Source of the DNA: a virus
Length of the DNA stretch: 64,000 nt
Virus record (IMG/VR): IMGVR_UViG_3300042463_000890
Location: 22,649 to 86,648 of that record
Strand: one strand, 5' to 3'
The first letter of the stretch is position 1. Each line of letters begins with the position of its first letter. Of the stretch, positions 20,177 to 29,861 are shown piece after piece. The translations under genes were made by a program, and so were the position numbers. A model generated the notes under the pieces. It ran no database searches. It saw only the letters and a list, made by a program, of their open reading frames with translations, and had not been told where the DNA came from.

Positions 20177-21715
20177 ATGAACAAATTAGAAGAAAGAGTT
20201 CATTTACTTAACGAACAAATACTCTTACAAGAAAAAAACCAAGACAAATTACATTTCCTTAATGAAATGAAAAAGATTGGTATAGAAAAATTACCATATT
20301 CTTATTCATCTTTAAAACAATTTATCGATTCTGAGACTATGTCTTATCACTATAACAAACATTATAAAGGTTATGTTGATAAACTAAATAAAGCTCTGTC
20401 AAAAAAGGATTACGGTGATTTAGAATTAGAAGAAATTATTAAATCAATTAGTAAATACAATACCACAATTAGAAACAATGCGGGAGGAGCGTTCAATCAC
20501 GCTTTGTTTTGGAAAATGTTATCCCCAAAAAAACAAACTCCTAAAGGAGACTTATTGAAAAAATTAAAATCCGATTTTGGAAGTTTTGAAAAATTTAAAA
20601 CTGAATTTGAAGAAATTGCTAAAGAAAGATTCGGTTCAGGTTGGGTTTGGTTAGTTTTAACTAAAAAAAATCAATTAAAGATAATGTCCACCCCTAACCA
20701 AGATAACCCATTAATGAATGTTGTTAAAAGTGGTGGGTACCCAATATTAGGGTTAGATTTATGGGAACACGCATATTATCTAAAATACAAAAATAAAAGA
20801 GACGAGTATATCTCTAACTTTTGGAAATGTGTTAATTGGGATTTTGTAGACGAATTATTTTCATTACGCTCTAATAGAAAATTAAATGAAGGGAATATTA
20901 TTAAACAAGTAATTAGTGAAGGTATTTCTGAAAGATGTTCGAGAGAAGAAAATGAAGCAATACGATTTATTTTTAACATTAATCCAAAGGTTAAACAAAT
21001 TTTTAGATTAAAAATAGATTCTATTTTAAAAGAAGTCTTCAAAGAAAATTACTATGAAAAAGGTGAATATGGTGAAAATGAATCTTCAGGTATCTATGAT
21101 TTAGAGACTGAAGGTAGGTCAGTAATTAATAAACTTAACACTAACTACACTTGTTTTTGTATTTTATTAAATGATGTTAATAAAGTTTTAGAATATGAAA
21201 AACAACCTAAAATTAAATTGATTGGACAACCTCCCTTTGTTCAGATTAGTGAAACTAAAAAATTTGTTAATGTAATTGAAAAATACAAAGACAGAATTTT
21301 TAACATACAGTCACCAACGTTTTCAAACCTAATGTCAACTTTAACTAAAACAAATTCAATTGGAGATAAAACTGAAAACTCAACCGTTAATATTTTAAAG
21401 AAAAAATTTGGTGAGGAAAACGTTGTTCAGATTGGTAAATTAGGGAGTACTGAAGACATGGTTGGGGGTGTTGATTGTGAGATAGTAATTGATTCCATAA
21501 CTTACACCGCACAAATAAAACCTTACACTAATTTTAAAAAGATTGATGATAGTTATGTGGTTTACGGCACAGGTCAAGTTAAACCGTATAAAACAGACTT
21601 TTTAATTTTTACTAAAAGTAATAAAGATGTTTTAGTTTTTAAAAATGAATCTACTAAAATCATAAATGGTAATTTTGTTTTACCTGTGGGTAATTTAATT
21701 TATCAACTCAATTGA
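20177..21715 (+). CDS. Mn/Fe superoxide dismutase fused to a C-terminal PD-(D/E)XK-like nuclease domain
   Basis: LPYSYSSL, HYNKH, NNAGGAFNHALFW, FGSGWVWL, NQDNP, DLWEHAYY; about 270 extra residues ending in EDMVGGVD...AQIKP. Confidence 0.85.
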   Translation: MNKLEERVHLLNEQILLQEKNQDKLHFLNEMKKIGIEKLPYSYSSLKQFIDSETMSYHYNKHYKGYVDKLNKALSKKDYGDLELEEIIKSISKYNTTIRNNAGGAFNHALFWKMLSPKKQTPKGDLLKKLKSDFGSFEKFKTEFEEIAKERFGSGWVWLVLTKKNQLKIMSTPNQDNPLMNVVKSGGYPILGLDLWEHAYYLKYKNKRDEYISNFWKCVNWDFVDELFSLRSNRKLNEGNIIKQVISEGISERCSREENEAIRFIFNINPKVKQIFRLKIDSILKEVFKENYYEKGEYGENESSGIYDLETEGRSVINKLNTNYTCFCILLNDVNKVLEYEKQPKIKLIGQPPFVQISETKKFVNVIEKYKDRIFNIQSPTFSNLMSTLTKTNSIGDKTENSTVNILKKKFGEENVVQIGKLGSTEDMVGGVDCEIVIDSITYTAQIKPYTNFKKIDDSYVVYGTGQVKPYKTDFLIFTKSNKDVLVFKNESTKIINGNFVLPVGNLIYQLN

Positions 21716-21735
21716 TATTTATATAATAAAAAACT

Positions 21736-22857
21736 ATGGCAATTATAGCAGAACCAGAAAGAAGTCAACTTTACACAAGACTTAGACATATTTTAGGTGC
21801 TCCTCTTAGAAGTGTTGAATTGGAAGATGAGCAATTGGATTCTCTTTTAGAGATTGCAATCGAGGATTATTCTCAATATGTCCAAGATTGGTTAATTGAA
21901 TCTCAATGGACTGCATTATATAATTTAAATTTAGACACCCAATCTTTAGCTAAAGCATTTGTTACTAAAAGTTTAGATTATGAACAAAGATATACTTACG
22001 CATATTCTAAAATAGTGGGTTTACAGACCAACGGTGATTCCGTTCTAAAAAAAGATTACATCCAATTAGTTAGAGGGCAACAAATATATGAAATTCCTGC
22101 GGGTAGAGAGTTAAATGAATTATTGTGGTTTACTCCCGCAGAACTTAATAATTTATTATTTGACCCTTGGACTTTCGGAGCTTTAGGTGGTGTTGGTTTA
22201 GGAGGCCCTGGGGGTTATTCACAAATGGGAATGTCTGGGTCATATTTTATGATGCCCGCGTTTGATATGTTACTGAGAATGCAAGAAATTAATATTCAAA
22301 GAAGAATTATTGCTGGTGATTTAACCTATAGAATGACGGCATTACCTGAAGGTAAAAAGGCTATTCATCTAATGAATGTCCCTGGAGGTAAATTTGATTT
22401 TGGTAACGCTACTTTAATGAGAGGTAAAGTTTGGTATTGGTATTATGAGGCGGAAGGTTCTGATAGAGACAAATGTCTAAAAGACAATCCTGACATTATT
22501 AAACTACCTTCAGATGTACCGTTTGAAAAAATCTCTTGGGAGGATTTAAACAACCCTGCTCAGATATGGGTTAGAAGATATTTTTACGCAAGCGCTAAAG
22601 AAACTTTATCTAAAGTTAGAGGTAAATTTAGTGGTAACATTAAAACTCCTGATTCGGAATTAACTTTGGATTATCAATCATTAGCGACTGAAGGTAAAGA
22701 TGAAAAAACTAAATTGATTGAGGAATTAATTGGTGCTGAAGGTAGACTTACAAGACTAAGACCTGAAAAGGTTATGGAGAGAGAAGCTTTGTTAGCGGAA
22801 AACCTTAACAAACAAAAAAGATTTACTGCAATGCCAAGACAAATTTACGTTATTTAA
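21736..22857 (+). CDS. Neck/head-tail adaptor protein (T4 gp13-like)
   Basis: LGAPLRSVELEDEQLD; WVRRYFYASAKETLSKVRGKFSG. Confidence 0.75.
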   Translation: MAIIAEPERSQLYTRLRHILGAPLRSVELEDEQLDSLLEIAIEDYSQYVQDWLIESQWTALYNLNLDTQSLAKAFVTKSLDYEQRYTYAYSKIVGLQTNGDSVLKKDYIQLVRGQQIYEIPAGRELNELLWFTPAELNNLLFDPWTFGALGGVGLGGPGGYSQMGMSGSYFMMPAFDMLLRMQEINIQRRIIAGDLTYRMTALPEGKKAIHLMNVPGGKFDFGNATLMRGKVWYWYYEAEGSDRDKCLKDNPDIIKLPSDVPFEKISWEDLNNPAQIWVRRYFYASAKETLSKVRGKFSGNIKTPDSELTLDYQSLATEGKDEKTKLIEELIGAEGRLTRLRPEKVMEREALLAENLNKQKRFTAMPRQIYVI

Positions 22858-22858
22858 T

Positions 22859-23197
22859 ATGAAATCTACATTAGTTAGGAAAAAAATTGGCGATAAAATC
22901 TATCAAGAATTTACACAAGAAAGAATGGTAAAAATTGTTACTAATAGTTCATATACCACAAATGGGGAATCTATTTTAATTATAAAAGACTCCCCTATTT
23001 GTAATCTATATTTAGATAGGTCAACAACTAAAACTATAAAAATTAAAGCGATGACTAAAGTTTCAATCATACCAAAAAACTCATCAATTGATGAGTTTTA
23101 TGATGAACTTGTAATTGAAAAAGGCGCTTGTGTAGAATTAGAGTTTGTAGATAATAGTTGGTATATATTATCTTCAGATGGTCTAAAATTAAACTAA
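22859..23197 (+). CDS. Small beta-rich hypothetical protein, probably structural
   Basis: 112-aa ORF directly after the neck gene. Confidence 0.5.
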   Translation: MKSTLVRKKIGDKIYQEFTQERMVKIVTNSSYTTNGESILIIKDSPICNLYLDRSTTKTIKIKAMTKVSIIPKNSSIDEFYDELVIEKGACVELEFVDNSWYILSSDGLKLN

Positions 23198-25978
23198 TTC
23201 TTCCCATCCTTCTGACGCCAACTTATAAATGTAGTCAGGGTCTAACCCTCGTTTTTCCCAATATTTAATTTCACCTTCAGATAAAGCCAATACCTCATCT
23301 AATTTATCTTGGTCTTTTTCTTCAAATGGAACGCCATTAATCAATTCACATTGGTCTTTAGTAAAGAAACTTCTATCTTCAGGTTTATTAACTAACAACC
23401 CATCTCTAATTTCTTCTTTGAAGACCACCAATAAAGGTTCTATTCTTTTATTAAATGTTGCAATTGCTCTCGGAACATTGTAATCTCCCTTCATTTCAGG
23501 ATTATTTTCAATTTCAGATTGGTCCAACATATAACAATTAATTTGTACCATTGATGTAACAGAATCGTCAGGATATTTTCCATGGTCATCAAAATAATAT
23601 TTAAGTTGTTCCTCGCTCCATCCTCGTTTAAGTTTACTGACTTTCTGAACATCCCCTTGAGACGCCTTGGTTCCGTTATTAACATAATAAATAACATCCC
23701 CCAAGCTTACATTTAACTTATTTTTTGCCGCAAGTTCCATATGAGCCATCATACTCATCGCTCCACCTGATTTTGTTTTTTGGTTAGAACGTTTTTTATA
23801 ATCTTCCATACTTAACTTAACCTTTGCCCTTTGAGCAATTTTCATAAGTGGAATTTGTTTATCATGGATTTTGGTAAGGTATTCATAGTACCACTCAACA
23901 AATTCTTGACCCTTACCTTCAAGTAATTGCTTCACTCCTTTATCTAAGAAATCCTCAATATATAATGGTAATTTTTTGGACTTAATTGTATTACCTGTCA
24001 ATTTAATTTTACCACTCGCTTCCATAACCGCATAGTTCTTACGAGCTAAATTAATACATGACGGCCATGTACCATCGGTGTCCAAAGCCATTTCACCTCT
24101 CATGAAAGTATCGTTAAATTCCGCAACGTCAGCATCATCCCCTGTATATTCTTTACCTTCTTTAACTTTCCAATTAAGTCCTTTACCAATATACCTACGA
24201 TTCTCCCATCCTTCAGGTTTAGAGAAGTTAACACCATCCGTATCCATTACAAGAGGAGTATAACCTTTTTTCATAAAGAACTTAATCATTTGTCGAAGAT
24301 ATTGTCTACCTGTACAAGTAATTTGTTCACCCATATACATATCACCCCAAGCAAATACTTGTGGAGCAGATAACGCACCGAACATCGAGTTGATGAAAAT
24401 CTTAATTGGTAACTGTTTTCGGTCATATGATAGGGATTTCTTTTTGTCTTTATCGTACCATTCACCCGCCAAATTTTTGTATTTAATACGTGTTGTTCTG
24501 AAATAAGATAACATACCTTTCATTGCTCCTGTAATATCACATTCAGGGAATACATCATGTACTAATTGTATTGAGGGATATAGTGACGAGTAGTCAAGTT
24601 TTAATACGTTTCTTGAATAACCTACTTTAAGTAATCTAGATAAACCACCAACAAATTCTGTTTTTTGTTGTTTTTCAGGAATTGCCAATTTGTACTTATA
24701 ACTCCAAGCCAACATCAACATCTTCCATAATGTTGCGGTACCCATTGTGGATACTCTTTCATATGTTGTTGGTACCATTGAAGCCAATAAAAATGTCCCT
24801 TGATTGAACTCATCATCGACTAATAAAGTTTCCTCCAAGTCATCGTCAAGATATCTCTCAACAATATCATCACCTGTTGTTTTAATATATGTTCCTGGAA
24901 ATCTTGTATCTAAATTATCAAACTTAGGGTTATCGGCTCTTTTATATTTACCGTTTGTTACGTTTAACCAAAATTCTTCTTTCTTTGCATACATCGGACC
25001 AATTTTATCGTGGTCAATATATATTCGGTCAGGAGCCTCAGCATTAATGTATTGAGTGATATACTTCAACCCAGCAGATTTGATACTTGAGTTAATTGCT
25101 TGAGCTCTTCTAACTGAATGCAAAATGTCAATATTATTGTAACCCCACATACCAATTTGATTATACTTCTCAACCTCATTTGCAAGTTTCAATAAACTTT
25201 CACTTTGTTTGATGTTAATATTTGGGTTTAACGTCCTACATATCTTTTTAATATCCAAATTAAGTGCTTTACATCTTTCAAATATCCAATACCAGTCGAA
25301 GTTAAATGAGTTATATCCTCCTATAATTGACGGTTTAAGTTCATTTATGTGGTTAAAGAATTGTACTAACCCTCTTCGTTCTTCATCTTCATTAGAACAT
25401 TCAATAACCTTTCTAAAACCTTTATTGGTTTTCATACCTATCATGAATATACGACCGTCTTTTGGTTCTAATGCGGTCGTCTCCAAGTCGAATACAAATC
25501 TTGTGATATCATTGTATTCCTCAAAACCTTTAAATAATCTTTTTTCTTTTTGAATTAAGTATTGTTCTACAGGAGGTAATATTAGAATTTTGTCTTTTGT
25601 TCGTTCCCCCCATGGGTCAACCCCTCCATCTCTAAAAAATTGAATTAATGAACGATAACCTTTTAGTGACTTAACCATAAATTTAAGTCCGTTTTCCATT
25701 CGTTCATTATCACCTGTCTCTAATTTTTCAATCATTATACCATGTGTTGACATGGCTTCTTTTTGTAATCCTTTAGATGATTGATAAAAATTTAGACCTC
25801 GTAAATCCCCTACCCAAGCAAATGGGGTGAATGTATCTTTTCGGATTTCTTTTCCTTTACCAGGAATTTCTTTAATCTTATAGATTGAATCTGACGCATA
25901 ATCAAATTCTATCGCAACAATGTGTTCTTCAGGGTCGTTTCCGTGTAAGAACGATTCAATTTCTTCTTGAGTAATCAT
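23189..25978 (-). CDS. Family B DNA polymerase
   Basis: Exonuclease motifs FDLET, GYNSFNFD; polymerase motifs LDYSSLYPSI, KIFINSMFG, DTDG. Confidence 0.95.
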   Translation of the reverse strand: MITQEEIESFLHGNDPEEHIVAIEFDYASDSIYKIKEIPGKGKEIRKDTFTPFAWVGDLRGLNFYQSSKGLQKEAMSTHGIMIEKLETGDNERMENGLKFMVKSLKGYRSLIQFFRDGGVDPWGERTKDKILILPPVEQYLIQKEKRLFKGFEEYNDITRFVFDLETTALEPKDGRIFMIGMKTNKGFRKVIECSNEDEERRGLVQFFNHINELKPSIIGGYNSFNFDWYWIFERCKALNLDIKKICRTLNPNINIKQSESLLKLANEVEKYNQIGMWGYNNIDILHSVRRAQAINSSIKSAGLKYITQYINAEAPDRIYIDHDKIGPMYAKKEEFWLNVTNGKYKRADNPKFDNLDTRFPGTYIKTTGDDIVERYLDDDLEETLLVDDEFNQGTFLLASMVPTTYERVSTMGTATLWKMLMLAWSYKYKLAIPEKQQKTEFVGGLSRLLKVGYSRNVLKLDYSSLYPSIQLVHDVFPECDITGAMKGMLSYFRTTRIKYKNLAGEWYDKDKKKSLSYDRKQLPIKIFINSMFGALSAPQVFAWGDMYMGEQITCTGRQYLRQMIKFFMKKGYTPLVMDTDGVNFSKPEGWENRRYIGKGLNWKVKEGKEYTGDDADVAEFNDTFMRGEMALDTDGTWPSCINLARKNYAVMEASGKIKLTGNTIKSKKLPLYIEDFLDKGVKQLLEGKGQEFVEWYYEYLTKIHDKQIPLMKIAQRAKVKLSMEDYKKRSNQKTKSGGAMSMMAHMELAAKNKLNVSLGDVIYYVNNGTKASQGDVQKVSKLKRGWSEEQLKYYFDDHGKYPDDSVTSMVQINCYMLDQSEIENNPEMKGDYNVPRAIATFNKRIEPLLVVFKEEIRDGLLVNKPEDRSFFTKDQCELINGVPFEEKDQDKLDEVLALSEGEIKYWEKRGLDPDYIYKLASEGWEELV

Positions 25979-25989
25979 ATTATACTATT

Positions 25990-26037
25990 TAGACGGTTCA
26001 TTTGCTGCCGAACTTTTGCCGACATTTACCTTGTCTA
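25990..26037 (-). promoter_or_regulatory. Structured 5' leader of the polymerase mRNA
   Basis: TAGAC/GTCTA, GGT/ACC and TGTCGG/TCGGCA nested pairings between promoter and ATG. Confidence 0.5.
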
Positions 26038-26041
26038 TATA

Positions 26042-26070
26042 AGTATAAAAATCATATCGATTTAAGTCAA
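26042..26070 (-). promoter_or_regulatory. Sigma70-type promoter of the DNA polymerase gene
   Basis: TTGACT-17 nt-TATACT. Confidence 0.75.
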
Positions 26071-26165
26071 ATATCTTACAATTTTAAATTACACTGTAAC
26101 ATTTTCAGCAACTATAGTTCCTCCACTTAAAAAAGTAACATACACACTACCCATATTATCTTTAA

Positions 26166-26756
26166 CTATATTGGTGTAGGTGTTAAAGTTGGGGTCGGTG
26201 TAGGATTAAATGTTGTGGTTGTAGTAGTTGTAGGATTAAACGTAGTTGTTGTTGTAGTATAATTAGGTGTTGGTGTTGGTTGAGGGCAAGTAGGACAACT
26301 TGGACATGGAGAAGTTGTTGTTGTGGTAGTGTAAGGTCCGTTTATACAACAAGGGAATTCTGACACATAACAACTGTCATACGGTAAATCATCAGCAATA
26401 AAAGATTCTTGAATATTAATATACAGTTTTTCCCTTATTGGTAAGATTAAAACCCCGTCATCATTTCTTAACATAAATTGACCTTCATATCGGCCAACTT
26501 TATTTGTATCTCTATTTTGAAATTGATAGTAAATATAGTATTCAGGTTCTGCATTTGGGTCTATAAAAGTTTTCTCTACAAACCCTGCAGGTCTTGATGT
26601 TACTTTAGATACACCTGTTGCAGTGTCAACCATAGAAAAGAAAATTGCGGATAATTCTATGGTTTTCATAAAATTATCGAAATCACTTCTACCGTCTTTA
26701 ACTACTTGTAATTTTAATAAAGGAAGAGTAGCATTTTTTTTAATGAAAAATTCCAT
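26166..26756 (-). CDS. Putative virion protein (BppU-like N-domain) with a Cys + Thr/Pro mucin-like tail
   Basis: MEFFIKKNATLPLLKL...YYQFQNRDTNKVGRYEGQF...LILP; C-term TTTTT/PTPTP repeats; TATTTATA upstream. Confidence 0.55.
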   Translation of the reverse strand: MEFFIKKNATLPLLKLQVVKDGRSDFDNFMKTIELSAIFFSMVDTATGVSKVTSRPAGFVEKTFIDPNAEPEYYIYYQFQNRDTNKVGRYEGQFMLRNDDGVLILPIREKLYINIQESFIADDLPYDSCYVSEFPCCINGPYTTTTTTSPCPSCPTCPQPTPTPNYTTTTTTFNPTTTTTTTFNPTPTPTLTPTPI

Positions 26757-26804
26757 CCAATCTATTTTATTCTATAAATACTTTACTTGTATAAAATAAA
26801 CAGA

Positions 26805-28511
26805 TTAACTTTCTTTTCTTAATTTTCCATCATAGTGGTCAAACCTATTATGTTCAGTTGGTGTCATTAATAACAAACCTGAGGATATATGACCTTTAAT
26901 TGTTTCTTGATACATATGACTCATCCAAGTCTGCTCAAATGGGTGTCCCCACTTTGTTTCTAAAAACATTTTTTTGTTTCCTTCTTTTGAAACTATTTGA
27001 GGCCAATTACAATAATATACCTCACCTAAAGCATAAGGAACATCTTTATGTATTTTAATTTTTGTAAACACAGTATTTGGAGCCTCAGGGTCTAATCCTA
27101 ATTGTGGGAGTGTTGGTTTTTCGGGCCAATGGGTTTCTCTAAAATTTTGAGGTACGTTATACCAACTCCATTGTGTTGAATTGTTACCAAAAAATTCAGT
27201 AAAATTTAATTTAAGAAAATCTAATTCTTCTTTTTTTATGATTTCTAAAGATTTGTTAAATAAATCATTAACATATCTGTTAAATCCATTTTTACAAGTC
27301 TCCCCTGGTTTTGGGTAAAAAAACATGTCATCTTCAAAAAATAACATATACTCTAATTTAGTTTCGTCAAAATGTTCTGCAATCCATTGTCTTCCACCAC
27401 AGATTCCTAAGTTGTCCATTTTTATATGGGTGAATCCGTAATCGTCACAAAGTTTTTTATATTCAGGAGTTGTTGATAAATCTGTAGAGTTATTTAACAA
27501 ATATTTTTCTGTCTTATCTAAAAAATCAGAATCATATTCTTCCATTGACTTAATTAAAGTTCTAAACTGATTTGGACTATTAAATGTTAGAACATAAAGT
27601 CCTACACCTTTATTGTCAGATTGTTTTAGAACATTTATTTTTTTAAGTATATTTTTCGAATCTTTAATTTTTTGACCTTGAGTCTTCACAACTAAAGAAT
27701 CATTTTTCAAATCCTCAAAAAATTTACCAACTAATCCGTTACTTTCAATTTCAAAATAATTTATTAAATTATGATTTTTATATAACATTATTGAAAATAC
27801 AGATTCTTCAGTCCCCATATAACCTTTAGAAAGAGTATCTTTTAAAGATGAATAATATATTGTATTAATATCACTAATACTATCTTTAGGCCCTCCAAAG
27901 AACCCTCCCCTAGGAATTAATTTTACATCGGATGATGCCCATTCATTAATTTTTGGATAACTAAATCCGTGTATTTCATTATTTGCATTATACGGAAAAC
28001 AAACAAATGAAAACTTATTTATATATTTTGGTAATTTTTCTAAAACTTTATCATGTGTGAAATATCCTGAATGAACTGTGTTTGTCAACCCAGCATCAAT
28101 CCAAAACATGTATTTTGAATTAAACCTATCTAATAACTTCGCATCATGTAATAGAAATATCTTTGACATAACTAACGGGTTATACATTTCTAATTGAGCT
28201 TGTGTAGAATCTTTTAACCAACTCGCCTGATTAAACCAATTAGGGTCTTTTCTTATTTTTTGTATTAAAGGATAAAATTCGTTTGTTTTAAACCAAGTTT
28301 GACTTCTAACTATAAACTGAGTATTTTCTTTTTTTCTATGTTGCCAAACAAATGATTCTAATTCTGGTTCACCAAAAATAATCATTTTATTTTCGACCTT
28401 TAGAAGTTGGGAAAATTTGTCTTTATAATGGTCAAATGTTCTAGACCATCCTTCTTTAAGATTAACTCTTCCTATATCCCATAATCCTGTTACTAAAGTA
28501 ATTTCAGACAT
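26805..28511 (-). CDS. HtrL/YibB-like domain fused to a GT-A glycosyltransferase domain
   Basis: ITLVTGLWDIGR...FWIDAG...GGFFGG; second domain LYVLTFN...NLGICGGRQ...FFEDD. Confidence 0.65.
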   Translation of the reverse strand: MSEITLVTGLWDIGRVNLKEGWSRTFDHYKDKFSQLLKVENKMIIFGEPELESFVWQHRKKENTQFIVRSQTWFKTNEFYPLIQKIRKDPNWFNQASWLKDSTQAQLEMYNPLVMSKIFLLHDAKLLDRFNSKYMFWIDAGLTNTVHSGYFTHDKVLEKLPKYINKFSFVCFPYNANNEIHGFSYPKINEWASSDVKLIPRGGFFGGPKDSISDINTIYYSSLKDTLSKGYMGTEESVFSIMLYKNHNLINYFEIESNGLVGKFFEDLKNDSLVVKTQGQKIKDSKNILKKINVLKQSDNKGVGLYVLTFNSPNQFRTLIKSMEEYDSDFLDKTEKYLLNNSTDLSTTPEYKKLCDDYGFTHIKMDNLGICGGRQWIAEHFDETKLEYMLFFEDDMFFYPKPGETCKNGFNRYVNDLFNKSLEIIKKEELDFLKLNFTEFFGNNSTQWSWYNVPQNFRETHWPEKPTLPQLGLDPEAPNTVFTKIKIHKDVPYALGEVYYCNWPQIVSKEGNKKMFLETKWGHPFEQTWMSHMYQETIKGHISSGLLLMTPTEHNRFDHYDGKLRKES

Positions 28512-29140
28512 TATTTTTTAATTTTACAAACCCAAACAACTTTGGAGAATTTATCTTGGTTATAGAAGCTTAAATTGTTTTCAGATGATGATTTTGAAAT
28601 GTCATCCTCCACAATTTCACACCAATTCCATATTTTATTATTAATTTCTTTTTCAAATGTAGACTTATCAATACAATAATCATGAGCCATAATAAAGTCA
28701 CCTGACTTAATATACTTAGACAATATGTTAAACTCACCTATCTTCCATCCACCGTCACATAAAACTAATGTAACACCTTCTGATGAGACATAATTTTTTA
28801 TTTCTAATGGTATATCTTTATAATCGCCAAATATATCCTCAATCCTAACATCAATTCCTCTTTTAATCATATCATTATACCAAGGTCTTGCGCTAATATC
28901 AAAAGTTAATATATTGGTATCTAAATTTAATTCATCAATCGTTGTCTTTAAAAACATTGTAAATCCACCTAACGCGGTACCAATTTCTAAAATCCTCTTA
29001 GGTTTGACTTCTTTTATAAAATCATAAAATACTTGATATACATCGTGATGTTGTTGAGCGGAATGACCATCAAACGATGATAAACTGTCGTTCGCTAATA
29101 AATTTGTTTTTTTAGTAATTCTGTTTTTAATATTTTCCAT
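28511..29140 (-). CDS. SAM-dependent O-methyltransferase (CmcI/rhamnosyl O-methyltransferase-like)
   Basis: KPKRILEIGTALGG, LCDGG, GDFIMAHD. Confidence 0.7.
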   Translation of the reverse strand: MENIKNRITKKTNLLANDSLSSFDGHSAQQHHDVYQVFYDFIKEVKPKRILEIGTALGGFTMFLKTTIDELNLDTNILTFDISARPWYNDMIKRGIDVRIEDIFGDYKDIPLEIKNYVSSEGVTLVLCDGGWKIGEFNILSKYIKSGDFIMAHDYCIDKSTFEKEINNKIWNWCEIVEDDISKSSSENNLSFYNQDKFSKVVWVCKIKK

Positions 29141-29153
29141 GTTTAAAATATAA

Positions 29154-29861
29154 TTAAAATCTTATATGTGTAACCCCTGTATTTGCTACGAAACTAAAAA
29201 AATCTTTAAGTTCGTACATTTTTTTCCAATCCATGTTCATATTAGCATCTACTGCTGACATACCAATTTCAACCCCTTCAGCAAATGCCCAAATATCATT
29301 TTTAACCCCAAATTCATTTCTTTCTTTCCATTTGTTGACAAATGTTTTAAGTTTTGGGCTATTTTTAAAAACTAAAAATTGTTCATTAACTACTTGTGCT
29401 TTATCATAACGAGTGGTGTTTAACAGTCCGTAGGGTTCTACTTTGTGTCTCCAAAAACATTTGTGTGGGTCCCTTTTTGTGTCTCCTATCGAATGAGGTC
29501 TTTCGTAGATAAAATCTAAATTACTGTTTTTAAATGATTCTAAAAATGAAAGTAATTTACTTTCATTATAACCATTGAACAAATCCCAATCTGCATCAAA
29601 AAATAATACAAAATCAAAATCTAATTTTAATGATTCCATTATTGGGATGTATTTTAAATTGTAATTAAAATAATTTTTAATAAATTTTACTTCATTATTG
29701 TTAAATTTTACAAATGATGTGTTTTTAACTTCTTTATGGTTCCCGTCAGTTATTATTAATACTTTATGAGTAATTGATTTTTCATTTAATTTTTCAGCAA
29801 ATTTAATGGCTGATTTTAAATATTTTTCACCTATAGCAATAGTACAATACACATATTTCAT
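29154..29861 (-). CDS. GT-A fold glycosyltransferase
   Basis: CTIAIGEKY, LIITD, LFFDAD (DxD). Confidence 0.6.
   Translation of the reverse strand: MKYVYCTIAIGEKYLKSAIKFAEKLNEKSITHKVLIITDGNHKEVKNTSFVKFNNNEVKFIKNYFNYNLKYIPIMESLKLDFDFVLFFDADWDLFNGYNESKLLSFLESFKNSNLDFIYERPHSIGDTKRDPHKCFWRHKVEPYGLLNTTRYDKAQVVNEQFLVFKNSPKLKTFVNKWKERNEFGVKNDIWAFAEGVEIGMSAVDANMNMDWKKMYELKDFFSFVANTGVTHIRF

Noticed and set aside
23189-25978. Intein or intron in the DNA polymerase
   Set aside because: Continuous ORF with normally ordered motifs; no intein ends or homing endonuclease motifs seen
26097-26172. Short coding-like frame (IVKDNMGSVYVTFLSGGTIVAENVTV*) just past the 196-aa gene
   Set aside because: Too short to support; may be a remnant of a lost C-terminal domain, but there is no slippery site or other evidence
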